A stretch of 64,000 nt of DNA from Stegostoma tigrinum (GCF_030684315.1 NC_081358.1:81990458-82054457), one strand, 5' to 3'; numbered from the stretch's first letter, positions 25,341-40,049 are shown. The notes: generated by a model from the letters alone, not told the origin. Program-made: numbers and translations.

Positions 25341-25999
25341 AACTCCTGGTGTTAAATAACATAAGAATGCAACAACCAGGAGCAGGAGGCAATTCAAGCC
25401 TGCTCCGCCATTAAATGGGGTCATGGCTGATCTCATCTCAGCCTCAACTCCACTTTCTTGCCCATTCCCCAGAACCCTAAAGCCCGTTACTAATTAAAAA
25501 TCTGTGAATCACCTCTTAAATTTACTCTGTGTCCCAACATCCATTACACTCTGAGGTAGTGAATTCCACAGATTCATGATCCTTCGAGAGAATAGGACAC
25601 TTTTGTTCATAATGATTTAGTTCTAAGTCACAGAGCTGCCAAGTAGTGAAATAGATTTGGTTGTGAGCAAACAGGGTTTGTAATGAGGCAACTGAGGGCA
25701 ATAGCTAGATTTTGGATTTGTATCCAGAAGAAATTTCTATTCATCCACCTTTGGATGCCAGCCAATCAGTGCAACAAATTAGAATCTGATAATTTATACA
25801 GTATACATAAAAAAAATTTGCGCTGGCATAAAATATCATGTTTTTAAGGGTGCACACAGGAAGAGGTTAGTATTTTGGACAACTGAGTACAATTATGAAC
25901 GTCTTAACACGCCCACAGGCCCTACATTTTACTGGTCTCCTTCTCTGTGCTGATCTCAACAAAGATGCAAAAAATGTCCAATATGTCCCTGAGTCATTT

Positions 26000-28060
26000 T
26001 TTTCACTCATGGGCTGGGCAGCATTTACTGTCTGTACTTGTTTGCCTTAAGAAAGTGTTGGTGACCTGCCTGCTGGAACCACTGAAGCCAATGTGGTGGG
26101 AGACCCACAATGCTCTTCGGAAGGAAATTCCAGGATTTTGACTCAGTGACAATGAAGGAATAATGATATATTCCCAAGCCTGGAACCTGCAGGAGGGGGT
26201 GTTCCTGCTGCCCACGTCCTTCTAGATGAAAGTGTTTTCTGAGGTTCTTCGGTGAATTTCTGCAGTGCGTCTTGTAGATAGTACACACTGCTGCTACTGA
26301 GCATCAGTGGTGCAGTGGCTGAATGTTTGTGAACATGGTGTCAGTCAATTGAGCTGCTTTGTCCTGGATGGTGTCAAGCTTCTTCAGTGTTGTTGCAGCT
26401 GCAGCCTTCCAGACAGGTAGGGAGTATTCCATCTAATTCCTGACTTGTGTCTAGTAATGGTGGACAGGCTTTGGGGAGTCGGAAGGTGAGATGCTCACTG
26501 CAGTATTCTTAGCCTCTGAACTGTTCGTCTAACCACTGTATTTATATGGTGAGTCCAGTTGAGTTTCTCATCAATGGTAACCCCAGGATGTTGATAGTGG
26601 AGGATTCAGTGATGGTAACACTATTAAGTATCAAGGGGCAATGATTGTATTGCTGCCAGTGATCATTGCCTGGCATTTGTATGCCATGAATGTTACGTGC
26701 CACTTGTCAGCATGAATCTGGATAGTATACAGGTCTTGTTGTATTTGGACAGGGACTGCTTCAGTATCTGAGGTGTTACGTTGTGCAATCATCAGCAAAT
26801 GGCATCACTCTGACCTTATGATGAAGGGAAGGTCATTGATGAAGCAGTTGAAGATGGTTGGGCCTTGGACACCCTCTTGAGGAGGTCCTGCAGAGATATC
26901 CTGGATCTGAGATCACTAAACTCTAACATCCACAACATCTTCTTATGTGCCAAGTGTGACTTCAAGCAGTGGAGATCTTCCTCCCTGGTACCCATTGATG
27001 ATATTTTGCTAGGCTTCATTGATTTGGTCATATGTGGCCTTGATGTCAATGGCTCTCACCTCACCTCTGGCATTCAACTGTTTGGCCCATGTTTGAACCA
27101 AGGCTGTAATGAGATCAGGAGTTGAATGGCCCTTTTGGAACCCAAACTGGGTGTCACTGAGTGGTTTATAACTGAGCAGGTACTGCATGGTAGCAATGCT
27201 TTACTTTACTATAATCAATAGTAGACTTTGGAGTGATAATCGCTCCTCAATTCTGAAGAAAGGTCACTCCACCCAAAACATTAACTCTGATTTCTATCCA
27301 CAGATGCTGCTAAACATGCTGAGCTATTCCAGAAATTTCATTTATGTTTCTGATGGGGAGGTAATTGGCTAGGCTGGATTGGTCCTGCTTTTTGTGTATG
27401 GGGCATATGTGAGCTTATTTTCCACTTTATTGGGTAGACGTCAGTGCTGTAACTGGAATAGCTTGGCTATAGGGAGTGGCAAGTTCTGGAGCACAAGTCT
27501 TCAGAACTATTGCTGGAATACCGAGAGGGCCTGGAGCTTGTGCATTATCCAGGGCCTCCCACCATTTTGTGACATTATGTGGAGTGAACTGAGTTGTCTG
27601 AAGACTGGTATCTGTCTTGCTGGGGACCACCTAGAGGAAGCCAGAGTTGGATCATCCACTTGGCACTTCTGGCTGAAGATTGTTACGAATGCACTTTTTT
27701 TGTATTGATATGTTGAGCTCCCCCATCAATGAGGATGGGGATATATGTTGAACTTCCTCCTATAGTGAGTTGTCAATTGTCCTTCGCCAATCATGACTGG
27801 ATATGGCAGAGCTTCAGGGCTTAAATCTGATTCGTTGGTTGTGGGATCATGTAGCTCTGTCTATCACTTGCTGCTTATGCTGTTTGGGATGCAAGTAGTC
27901 CTGTTTCGTAAGCTTCACCAGGCTGACACCTAATTTTTCAGGTATGCCTGGCTCTACTCCTGGCATGCCCTCATGCACTCTCATTTTAACCAAGGGCTGA
28001 CCTCTGACTTAATGGTAATGGTTGAGTGGGGGATATGCCAGGCTGTGAGTTGTAGACTGG
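26000..28060 (-). mobile_element. ~2 kb decayed LINE of the 1-920 family, interrupted by a pLTR at ~27245-27355
   Basis: Reverse complement of 1-920 plus upstream RT (GIPAIVLKTCAPELATP, QFGF). Confidence 0.8.
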
Positions 28061-28669
28061 GCATATGCTGGCATTTATTATATAAATATTCATTGCCAAA
28101 TGAGCGACATACAAAAGCTGGATGCCAGTTATATCTTTCAAAAGAATGGCATCACCTCCTCAGGTAGAGAGTTGGAATGGGGATAAAGCAGACAAATTAC
28201 AAATCAGCAACCCTTTCTTCTCATACTTTCCTGGGTAAACACCCTGGTTGGCGTAGTACCAAGACACAGCGAGACCGGACTTAGTCAAAGACTCAAAATG
28301 CACTTTTTTTAACTCATGTAGATCATGGTCAATAGTTCCTTCAGTTAATGTTTGCACTGTTTGGAAAGGGGAAGAGAAAACAGGGTGAGTGTTCCTTTCT
28401 AAATTCTTTTCCTCTTATGCCTGCTGGCAAATACTTGTTTGGATGCCATGATGGTGCTCGGTGATAATCATTACCTAAGATGTGCATTCAAATTGTCACC
28501 CAATGGAGGATCTCGATGCCAATGCCGACAGTAGAACTTGAATAGCAGTAAGTGCCATCAGGATATGTCAGAAGATCAGAATGAAAAAGAAATTCAGAGA
28601 GAACTTAACACAGAAATGTAAGTATACATCATTTTAATTAATTCATTTAATATTTTACATCATGGTAAA

Positions 28670-31029
28670 CATTCAATTATTTACAAAAAACCTTTATTGA
28701 ATAATTAAACTCCACCAACACACAAACTATTTTGAAATTAGAGGGGTATCGTTTCAGGCTTCTCTGGTGAATTGTTTTCCATTCAGTATTTCACACTGCT
28801 ATTAACATGAATTGCTGTTTAAAGAGTAATCTACTTCATCATCAATAAGTTAAGGATTCATTTACATTTAAACAATAAATACAAATGAGATAACAAAAAA
28901 GTTAACAACTTTCAAATATAATTCATCTTCAAATCTGACAAATGATGGGATAATTGGCTAGGGGGCATTATGAGAATAACTTCTTCAATATTTTTAATCA
29001 TCTACCAGTTTTATGCAAGATTTTAATGTTGTTTGCACAAGTAATCAACATTTTCTTTCCACATACTGGAATGTACCATTATTCAAGTTACGTACTTTCA
29101 CTAGAAACCTTAGATATATATAATCAGGTAGAACAGTTCAACAGATTTATATTTGTATTAAAAAGGAATGTAGGGTGAGATCCACATATTGCCCGATTCG
29201 GCTCAAGTCAATACAAAGTTGTGAGGGAGGCTAAAGCCAATTATTAGGGCTACATTTACAAAGAACAAGGAAATGGTCCCTATGGAATTGATAGACAAAA
29301 AGTACCATTTTACAATAATTTTTTTTTCAGGTTTGTTGTCCTCCAAATTCACAATAAAGGTTGACCACATAGCAACATTTAGTTTTTGAAACTGCAAATG
29401 ACCTTTTCAAGGTGACAAGAAATGACTCAGTACAATGTCTATTTAATGTAGGTTCTCTTACCAGTAACTAAGAGCAAAACATGCTTTTAGAGGCTTGCAA
29501 GAGGACAGAGGACATTTCTGTTAGATGAAAACAGATATTTGATTTCTTTAAAAAAAGACTTATTTTCATATAGCACACCATATATGTATATATTAGGAAC
29601 AGATTAATGCATTTAAGCAAATGCATTACCAGTCCAGATCTCTAAGTTACTGAAAGTGTAATAATTGGAAATGAAAGAGCTCAGCATACTGACAAAGTAC
29701 ATTACTTATTAACTGGTAACATTACTGTAGCAGGTACATAATTGGACACATTTGAATCAAAAGCACGTACAAATTGTAACAGTGAACAAGAATATTGGAT
29801 ATTGTAGCTCCAACAGAAATTGATAAAAGACAGTTAAAAAAATGTCAGACACCTGATAGGATCAAATTAGTTTGTTGTCAAGGTATGGCAAAGAATCACT
29901 AGCCCTTATCCAGTGAATTTCAGAAGCAGGCACTCTTCTCTGAAAATAATCATTATAACTATCATACTTTTAAAAGTATGCGCTGTATCATCATTGCATT
30001 ATCCAAATGGCTCATCTACAATGACATGTTGATCTCATAGTTTTTTTCTATTTCATACCTTCTTACCAGACTATTATCAATTAAAAGGCGCAGTAAGGAG
30101 CACACTAATGCTACTCGTGAGTTTACATGGAAGTAGGGAACACAAAGATTAGGAAGCCCATTTTATGCATGGCTTTCACATACTCAATTTATCTGAAGAG
30201 TTGCCTGCAACTATCCCATTTTGCTCATTATAAAAAAAATCTTTCCCTGCCATTACTGACCTTTTGTAACTAACTACTTGAGGAGATGGACAATGCTTGG
30301 TACATCTTTGAAATCTGCCACTCAAGATTTTAGTTTTTGTTTAATGTATCTGTGTGAACCCCTGCGTTTATGAATGTATGTAGCTTGCGAAGGTTATGCG
30401 CTTTAAAGAACAAGTAAAAGAGCATGTGCCCCGCTCATTGCTCGTGGTGCTGTGAGCATATTTAGAGTTCACTGTTGTCAAAATCCAGTTATAAACATGT
30501 GAGGTGTTAAAGAGCTCATTCGCTTTGAAATAATTACTCTTGGTCCTAAATTCTAACATCTACATTTAGGAAGACATCAATTTCCCAAAAGACCTTTCAG
30601 CAGTATTAAATTCTGGTGTTTCTATTGCTGTGCGCACGTAAATTCTAGTTCTTTCCTTAATTTTATTTAACTATTTGTTAACAGTTGAAACTGAACTACA
30701 GAAATGGATGATTCAATGGAGCCAAGTACAGAGGTTACAAAAATGCAACAGCAACAACAATTAATATGAAGCCATGCAAATGACATGGCAGTTAGCAAAT
30801 ATTTAATGCAGCTACATTAATGATAGGAAGTTGGAACAGCTTATTATCCTTCTCCTGGGTTTATTAAGAATGCCACCCCTCCACGAATCCATTCAGACAC
30901 TTAAAATTCCAAAGGGGCTTAAAGGGATATGAACACCTGGCTGTATCCCAAATTGACTTGTAACATGAATGTGCTACAAACAACCCACCCTGTGATTGTA
31001 AGGTTATCACAGTTCCTACCCAGTGTGGC
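28670..31029 (-). other. DLGAP1: Putative DLGAP1 3'UTR with distal poly(A) signal
   Basis: AT-rich and free of recognisable repeats after the stop codon. Minus-strand AATAAA at 28693-28698 (others near 30860 and 30662). The end point is inferred. Confidence 0.55.
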
Positions 31030-31245
31030 TTATAGTCTGGTCTGGGCCTCTGGGATATAAATTTCAATGCTGTCTGCACTTTCTGTGGCAGAGTTCTGTC
31101 TCACAGACGCAGCTCGCTTGGCAGCCATCAGGCGTTTCCGTGCCTCCTGCCTTTGTTTCTCTGTGGCTTCCAGTGATTTTTCTCGTTTGAGGGGCACTTG
31201 ACCCTTTGGCGGTTTCTTTGGCACAGGAGGAGGTATTCTTTTCTC
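31030..31245 (-). CDS. DLGAP1: DLGAP1 terminal coding exon
   Basis: TGCAG acceptor. Translates EKRIPPPVPKKPPKG...RQEARKRLMAAKRAASVRQNSATESADSIEIYIPEAQTRL-TAA; -QTRL is the SAPAP family Shank-PDZ ligand. Confidence 0.96.
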   Translation of the reverse strand, partial: EKRIPPPVPKKPPKGQVPLKREKSLEATEKQRQEARKRLMAAKRAASVRQNSATESADSIEIYIPEAQTRL

Positions 31246-32559
31246 CTGCAGTAAGAAATACAACAGCATGTGAGCGACTAGTGTTCTTCAGGTAGGTGTG
31301 GCAAAACACAACCACAGTATTTCACACAATTCATAGATGCATACAGCACCTGGCAACATTGTTGCTGTCGCTTTTTTGAAGAAAACGTATCAAGTCACTA
31401 TCAAAATTACTCAACGTTATTGACACCACCATGTCACCAATTCACACAGAAATTATCTTTTCTTCTGGTGCCCAACTACACAGTATCAATATGATATCTG
31501 AAGAAAGGGAGGAAAGGACAGAATGTTCTCATAGCTCTATAGCCTTGTACAAGTTTAGATTCTCTGGAAGCAATAGCTCAGTCAGAAAAGGTATTTCACA
31601 GTTAAACAATCAAACTTGCTCCATTAGGCGAATTGTTTCACTTCTTATGTAGTTAAACTCTAACTTAGCTTAGTGGGACCACTCTCTCAGTTAGAAGCAT
31701 GTGGGTCAAAATGGTCCAGAGATTTGTGGCTTTGAAGGAGAGCTCAGTGGTTGAGGGTGAAAACTGTCAGTTGACACGGAATCTCTACAATGTGAAAGCA
31801 GGCCATTCAGCCCATCAAGTCCACACCAGGGAGAATGTGCAAATCCAAACAGAGCAGTTGCCCGAGGAGCTGCAGATCAAAAGAAAGGGAGAGGGGTGGT
31901 AGTAATAAGTACAACCTGTTAGTTGATTGGAGGGATGAATCTGGTTGTTGGCTGGAAAGGAGGAATGGAACGACAGAGGTGAGGCTAGAAAGGGAGGCAG
32001 GGGATGGGTGGGAAGATTATTTGGAATTGGCAAATTCATTGTTGAGTCCTCTGGGCTGTAGAGTGCCCAGGGGGAAGCTAAGGTGTTGTCTTCAAATTTG
32101 CATTCCAAGTCACTGGCATTCTGTGACTGGAATCAAACTTGTATCCCCTGGTGCTTTGAGGCAGCAGTGCTAATCACTGAGCCACCATTCCATCCAAGAG
32201 CAATAAAGGCACTGACCAATATTTAGATCAACATAACTGAAACAGAGTATCTACTCGTGTGTCTCATCTATTTAGTGGGATTTTGCTCTGCAAAAACAAA
32301 ATTGCTGTTACATTACAGCTTACTAATAGTTTTGAAATGCAATGTGTTCTGGGACATCCAGAGTTTCTGAAATCAGCTGTATAAATAGAAGTTTGTTCTT
32401 TTCCTTCTCAGAAGTATTGCTTTAAATTTGCAGCTCTGTATCACTAGCGCTCTTCCTGCAAACCTAATTTTCTTTTCTCTCCTGATTAGATTGGTTCTAT
32501 TTATATAGTGCTATTACCCAAATGGCTAACAACATTATGTTGGCAAGCTATTTGATCAC

Positions 32560-33330
32560 TCCAGGGGTGCAGTATTACGTGGGAAGATGTCATTTTGCCA
32601 GGAAGTATAATAAGAGAAGCCTATTATCTAAAGTGTGAGAGGTGACAGAGAAATGGAGAGGAATCTGGGTGTTCTAGTAAATGCGTCAGAAAATGTTAAC
32701 ATGCAAGGGCATAAGAAATTAGGAAAGCTAACTGAATGTTAATTTTTATTGCGAGGAGAATTGAATACAGAAGTAGAGAGCATGAGCTTCAGTTATCCAG
32801 GTCATTGGTAAAAGTACTATCAGAGTACTGTGTACAATCTTGGTCTGCTTTTTTAAGGAAGGATACAAGTGCATTGGAGGCAGCTCAATGTAGGTTTATT
32901 GAACTGATATGTGAAAAGGGCAGGTTTTCAAATGAAGAAAGGTTAGGCAGGCTGTATCCATTGGAGCTTAAAAGAGATTGAAACATATACATTCTTGAAG
33001 GGCCTTGTCAGGCTGCCTGTAGAAAACATGTTTTGTCTGGTGGGAGAATCTGGAACTAGCTGTCATAATTTCAAAATAAAGAATCACTCATTTAAGACAG
33101 TGATAAGGAGAACTTTTGTCTAACAGAGAATAGTAAGTCTTTGGAATTCTCTTTCTGAAAACAAAGCAGAAAAAGAATCTTTGAATATTTTTAAGACAGA
33201 CGTAGACAGAATCTTGTCTGGAGTGGGGGTGAAAGGTTATTCAGGTAAACAAGAATTGGAATAATCAACCCAGCCATGATTCTACTGAATGGTGAAGTAG
33301 GTTCAAGTGGTTGAGTGTTCTACTTCTGCT
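32560..33330 (+). mobile_element. CR1 LINE 3' fragment
   Basis: FIARRIEYRSRE..LQL..SLV...EYCVQ.WS.FLRKD..ALE..Q.RF motifs. Confidence 0.8.
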
Positions 33331-36249
33331 CCTAGCTCAGTTATAAGTTCATACATTGTTGATTTAGTACAACATACATAATGTGTTGATTTAAGGGTAA
33401 GAAAGGGAAACTTTTACTTTTCAAATGCATGCACTATCTTGGGATAAGTACTTTAGATCCAAAAGTATATTTAAATTATTTATGTATGCCCTTACCTTCT
33501 TATGATGTAGGCAAGTGGCATATGTTTTGAGGTGCTAGTGCAAGGTTCATCTAACTTGCAGATTAGTAACATCTAAATAGCTCAACTTAACATCAGTATT
33601 CACTAGCTATTCTTGACTGACATCAAATCCTTTCTTGTTCTGGGTCCTAGCTGAAAAGATATTGCATTCAAATAAATAATTATTAAACTTTTGTTAAAAG
33701 CAATTTATTTTTTTGCCCATTTTCATCCCCATTCTGGCCAATATTAGTAGCTCATGCCTGGATAATGTTTCACAAATATATGCAGTAATCTGCCGCCTCA
33801 TTTTATTTAAATATCTTGCAAATGTTTCCAAATTTTTGAGTATAATTCAACTGCGGCCAGAATTAAAATTGAGTGCAATTCTGTCCTGATTCAATACCCT
33901 GATTCAATCAAGATCATTTGATAGCAATCAGAAACAGTGGTCTGGCTAATTTCTCCCCTACCCAGCCTGAGGATATAATGGAACATTGTGGCACCACATT
34001 GGCTTCATCGCTAACTCAGCTTAGATGATGGTTGAGATGGGGAGTTTCTTTGTCTGTATGTTACCGTACCACACAAATTGCCGCAGAAGTCACATTAGCC
34101 TCAATATAAATACTAAAATTATGTTTTCGTTTATATGCCTGTGGTTAGCAGGCAATATTTATGTTTGTATGAATTTACATGAGTCGATCGAAATGTATTA
34201 ATTATAAGCAACATTATATTTTATCAGATCTGCATTATCATTTGGAAGGTCAGTACGCAAACATAATAACAATTTATTTTACTTAAGTACTTATTTAAGT
34301 ACCTTGCACTGAATTTGCCTGAGGAAATATCTTTCTCCCATCATTTATAGATAAGCGCAACAACTTATTTATAGATACAGGAAAGTTGCAATGATCATGA
34401 TATGTCGGACAGCCATAAAAATCTATAATAGTAATGAACTGAGCCTTTAAATAAGCTATGAATTATTGATTATCTTTAGCATTATTTTAAAAGTTAAATA
34501 TCAAATTTGTAATTAGACCTGGTTTCAGTATTTAGGTATGAATTTCTGTGCAGATGGAGAAGCTCTCCATTGTTATGAAAATGGTAGTGGAGGCCTGACT
34601 ATTTTGCATAGGGTGTTGTATGGTACATCCATCCACCACTCATGGATGCAAATGCACATGTTAAAGTGAAGCTGCCTCAGGTTGATCGGGTTATCACTGG
34701 TTTATGTCTGTAGCATGACATATGCGCTTCACAGATAATAGGTCAACACCTAAAACTTCCAGTCCTTTGCACACATAAAGTTTTGGATATGGCTCTGGGA
34801 CACCTTTACAGATGGTCAGGTGTTCTTTGCTGGAGGACAGGTGCACTGTGGAAGAGATAAGATGCTCCTTGAGCAAGATTTGTTGCTCTTTGGACTTTTA
34901 AAAATAGACATTAGTATGCATAAGATGTGCATAAACTCATTGAAACTATCAGGGTCAATGGAAATGTCAAGGCAATGGTCAAGCGAACTGTAAAGCCAGC
35001 ATGGATTAAAATCTCCTTTCAATATTTGCAAAGAAAAACCCTACCTCCATTGTTTAAAAAGAATCAGTACTTGCTATTCCGCTATTTTGACACAAGCCTG
35101 AGGGCTATTATTAAAGGATTATTGTTACGTGACTAATTTCACAATAGTCAATTCATCAAGGGCCAGGCAAAAACTTTATTAAATCTAAATGTAGCTCTTG
35201 ACGTCTGCTCATGTTGGATACTGGGTGAGAAGGCATGGTACATGTAAGAATAAAAGGGGTGATAAGGGAATATGGATTGATACTAAGGTGGCATTTAAGA
35301 TGCTATGTGGAATGGATAAGGTGGCAATGGATAGGCATGCAGGGTATGAAACAGTCATTGAAGGTGCTGTGACGCGCTTTGCCAGTGTGTCACATCAGGC
35401 CTTCTACCCAGGCCACCTGCACACCCAGCTGTTTCCAAGCTCTTTTCTGTATCCCATGACTCCCACCTTCATAGGACATAGAACATTACAGCTCAGTACA
35501 GGCCCTTCGGCCCTCGATGTTGTGCCGACCTGTCATACCGACCACTTGTTCACAAGAATGAGAACTTGACCATCATGCACTACCATCCTGACTTAACAAA
35601 TATTGCAGTTCCTTTATTGTTGCTGGGTCAAAATATTGGAACTCCCAACCTAACGGTGACATACTTTCCTTACACAAACTGCAGGGGGCTGTTCAAAAAG
35701 ACAGCTCAGCAGCACCTTGTTGAGCACAATTAGGGGATGGCTGATAAACACTGGTCTTGCCAGCAACACAGATCTCATAAATTAAATTTTCAAAAATCTG
35801 CTTTATAGTGCTTTTATACCTGACAGCTATGATCATACCGGTATGATCCTTGTTTCAGTATGCCTTATGCTAACATTACTGTTCACTTTCTTTGTGAGCA
35901 CATTGGATCCGTCTCTTGTTTCACTGGGGTGTTGGGTTACAGTCATTCAGTGCTGCTCCCTTTTCACTACGCTACCACCCTTCTTAGTCTCCAGTATCCC
36001 CGAGCTGTCCTTATCCATGAATAAGGCTCTCACACTTTTCAGTACTACACTGCCCTTTATGTACAGGTTACCGAATATATGTCTCTGGTATTGTGTCTCC
36101 CCCCTCCTCATCCATTACATGTCTCTTCCTCTCTGATCAGTTCTTCCCTATTCATTGCCTTGCTCTGCTCTGCTGATGTCAGAGTAACATAATAAGTCAC
36201 ATCATCATCCATTGTCCATCTAGCTTCTCTCGTACTCAGAGAAAGGTAG

Positions 36250-37380
36250 GAAATAGGAATATGTTTAGGCCATTTGGCACTTGCTCAACCATTCAATATG
36301 GCTAATCATCCAAAACAGTATTTTGTTCTGACTCTCTCCCCACGTCCTTTGATCCCTTTATTCCTAAGAATTCTAACTACGTCCTTCCTGAAAACATTCA
36401 ATGTTTTAGCCTTAACATAGAAACATAGAAAAAAGGTGCAGGAATAGTCCATTTGCCCCTTTGAGCCTGCACCATCATTCAATATGATCATGGCTGATTC
36501 ATACACTTTCAGCATCCCACTCCCGCTTTCTCTCCATACCCCTTGATCCCTTAAACTGCAAGGGCCATGTCCAACTCCCTCCTGAATACGTCTAATGAAC
36601 TGGCCCCAACAGCTTCCTGTGGGAAAGAATTCCACAGGTTCTCAACTCTCTGAATGAAGAAATCCTTCCTTATTCTTAAACTGTGACCCCTAATTCTGGA
36701 CTTCCCCAACATCCAGAACATTCTTCCCACATCTATATATTTCTATGAGAACTGCCCTCATTCTTCTAAATTCCAGTGACTACAAGCCGAGTCAATTCAT
36801 TCTTTCCTGACATAGTCAGTCAAGCCAAGCTGAGAATCAGCCTGGTAAACCTTCGCTGCATTCCCTTAATAGCAAGATTGTCCTTCCTTAGACTAGGAGG
36901 CCAAAACTGCACACACTACTCAAAATGTGGTCTCACCGAGGCCTTGTATAACTGCAGAAAAAAAAATCTCTACTCCTATACTCAAATCCTCTCAGCATGC
37001 CATTAGCTTTCCTCATCATCTGCTGCACCTACGTACCAATCTTCAGCGACTCTCATTGCATCTCAAGTTTTCCTAAACTGCCACCATTCAGATAATAATC
37101 TGCCTTGCTTTTTTTGCAACCAAAGTGGATAACTTCACATTTACCCACATTATATTGCATTTGCCAAATATTTGCCCATTCAGCCATTCTGTCCAAGTCA
37201 CCCTGCAACCGCTTAGCATCCACCTCACAGCACACATTGCTCCCCAGCTTAGCATTACCTGCAAATATGGAGATATTGCATTCAATTCCTAAATTTATTT
37301 TGTGAACAGCGGGGATCCCAGCACTGAACCTTGTGATACCCCACACATCACGGCCTGCCACTCTGAAAAGGAACGTTTAG
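36250..37380 (-). mobile_element. Nested CR1 LINE fragments
   Basis: ISIFAG.AKLG, LQGDLDRMAEWANIWQMQYNVGKCEVIHFG; tail tttctatgtttctatg at ~36415. Confidence 0.85.
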
Positions 37381-39367
37381 TCTAGCTCTCTGCTTGTCAG
37401 TCTGGGGCTCAGTTTACAGGATACTTGCAATTTGTTTTTTGAATTTACTTGCACTGCCATTAATATCACTAATATTATCTTCCACATGTCCAAACCCATT
37501 AGGTCAAGATAGTCCAACTGGATGCCCTGATATGGTTTGTTTGATTTTCACAGAGGGTAACGATTCTCTCCCATTCCTTTATCTTTTGTACAATCCTGTA
37601 TGGTATTTGATGGAGTCTGGCTGTCTCTATTCACATACAATGGTTACCAGACTCATTCTCACCTTGGCTTGAGTCAGATCAACACCTTTCTGTTTCTCCT
37701 GAATGTTCCATCGGATGTCAAATTATGTAGGATCTTAGTTGATCTGTTGCTTGGAGGACTGTTGTCTCTGCTTGTCTGCCCCTCCTCCAGACTTTTACAC
37801 AAAGTTGACAGCGTTTTTACTTTATGCCTTCAGCTATACCACTTCTGTTGCTTCCTTCTGTGGTCTTTTGTCTCTCTTCTTGATCATCCTGTTGTCCTGA
37901 GACATTATTTTCAGCCTGACATTGCATAATGACAATGGTATCTCTGTTTTTAATCTTCTTCCCAAGCGCCAGTGAGTATGCATTGTTAATTATGCTGATC
38001 TACACTGAGCATTGCTAACTACAAGTCTACGATCTTTAGCATCAGTTACTTTATGGCTTTGATCACCTTCACTGCTTCTCTATTTCTCTCAGGATGAATT
38101 GGAGAACTGATAGATAAACGTCTCTGTAGTGAACTTACTGAATTCCACATTCACAAATTGAGGTTTGTTATCCTGAATTTCAGTGCTCCAATCATTTCCT
38201 CCGACATATAAAGTCTTGAGGTCTCAATCCATCTTGAGTAGCAATCTATTAGGAAGTTTGTATAGTATAGTATAGTATGATAAATTTGTGCCACCTTCTC
38301 TCACAATCATGTTGAACACTTTTAAGGCATTAATAGACCAGCTGGCACCTAACTGTTGATAGCACATGTGAGGCACACTGAAGTAAAATCTTCAGTTTCT
38401 TCTAAAATATCAGGCCACCACGTAGAGGTTGGAGATCTAGCCCTGCACTTTGTGATTCCCATTTCAAGATTTCTTGCCTCATAGACTTCAGTGGCGACCA
38501 ATCTGGGGCTGTACACCAATAGGTCTTCCACAACTGTTCATTGTTGCTTCTATTCAAGGTACCTCTTCAAAACCTGATCTGCTGGACAGTGTATGAACTC
38601 TCACTCCCAGAAAGACGTCAATCATCTTTGTGTGCTTGCCTGACTTCTGAGCTCCACAATTTCTCTGAGGAAGTGCATTGATCACTGCAGTAGAATATGA
38701 TTCTATCTATTAATTAACAATTACATCTTTTTTCAGCCTGATCCACCGTTGCCTGGATACTGTATTACCCATCATCTGTGCCTGCCTGGGAATGAACTAT
38801 CACTTTGCCATATCTCATTAGTCTGTACCTGAATCTCTGTATTTGCAATTGTAGTTTTGGAATTTTCTTTGATTCTAGTAATGTGATTCATGACTGTTTT
38901 GACTTGAAATCTCAGTCCCACAAAATGAGGTGCAAACATTTTGCATTCCACTGTAAGAAACAATGCTTCTTTTTCAATTGTAGCATATTGATGCTTTTGA
39001 AGCAAATGGGCTACTTGGTTCCATCATTATGCACCTGCATGAGAACTGCACATAATCCCTCGGAGGATGCATCTGTGGCTACTATGGTAAATAAATAAGC
39101 TAATGAGCAAACACATTTTAAGAACAGTAATATTTCCTTAATCTTTTGAACAGCTGCAGTCTGTGTCTGTTTCTGAATCCAGTATCATTGTTGGCCTTAC
39201 TTCATACAGTCTTATGAGTGGAGTGCAACGGGTCAGGTTAGAAATGAATTTTCCCACTTGGGTCTCAATTCCTAATAGCGCAGTAAATCATTGGCTATGG
39301 AAATTCACTTATCTTTCTGGAATCCACAGTGGTACTTTGCTTCTCGATTACAAGGCTCAAAAATATA

Positions 39368-39807
39368 GGGTGGAATTCTCCCAGTCCCCGAACCATGTGG
39401 GCCATGGTGAGAAATTTGGGAAAATTAGGTGAGATGCCTAGTGAGGACTTTCTCAACGTTGATAGCAGCAAGTCCAATTTTTCAATCAATAGTTGGATGA
39501 TGAGTCAAAATTCTTTCTAGTGAGTAGTGAGAGACCTATTTGCTTGGATTATCACTCAGTATCACCCTCATTACTACCTACTCTCAACTCATTAAGGTGC
39601 ACTTTCTCATTCTTCCACCCACCTGCTAGAAACTAAATGCTAAAGAATTCCCAGCATGAAAATCAGAGTAGTTACCTGGTCACTCCAGCTCACTGCTAAT
39701 TCATCTGGACAGCCAACACAGGAAATCTAGTTAGGACTAATGGACAAAAACCCAGACAAAATTTGCCAAAATTGACATTTAGCTGATTTCTGATAAAATT
39801 TAACCCT
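39368..39807. mobile_element. Putative non-autonomous Harbinger-type MITE
   Basis: Imperfect termini gggtggaattct... / ...aaaatttaaccc. Similar termini at ~6577 and ~44788-45070. Confidence 0.4.
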
Positions 39808-40049
39808 TAATTTTGGTCTTTGAGAATAGACACTTTGTATTGAGTTTAAGCCTTGCACATTGCAATATTTTTAAAACATCTTGTAGTCAGACTCTACGTT
39901 GGTCTGAGCTTGTATAATACCATGGCTGACATCAAACGTAACAAATAATACCTTGCTTGCCTTCCAGAATCCTTGATGTTAATCTCTGAAAGATTTCTAG
40001 TGTTTAAATTCTGAAAGGTAAATGTAATCTAAATGGTTTGATTTTGATA

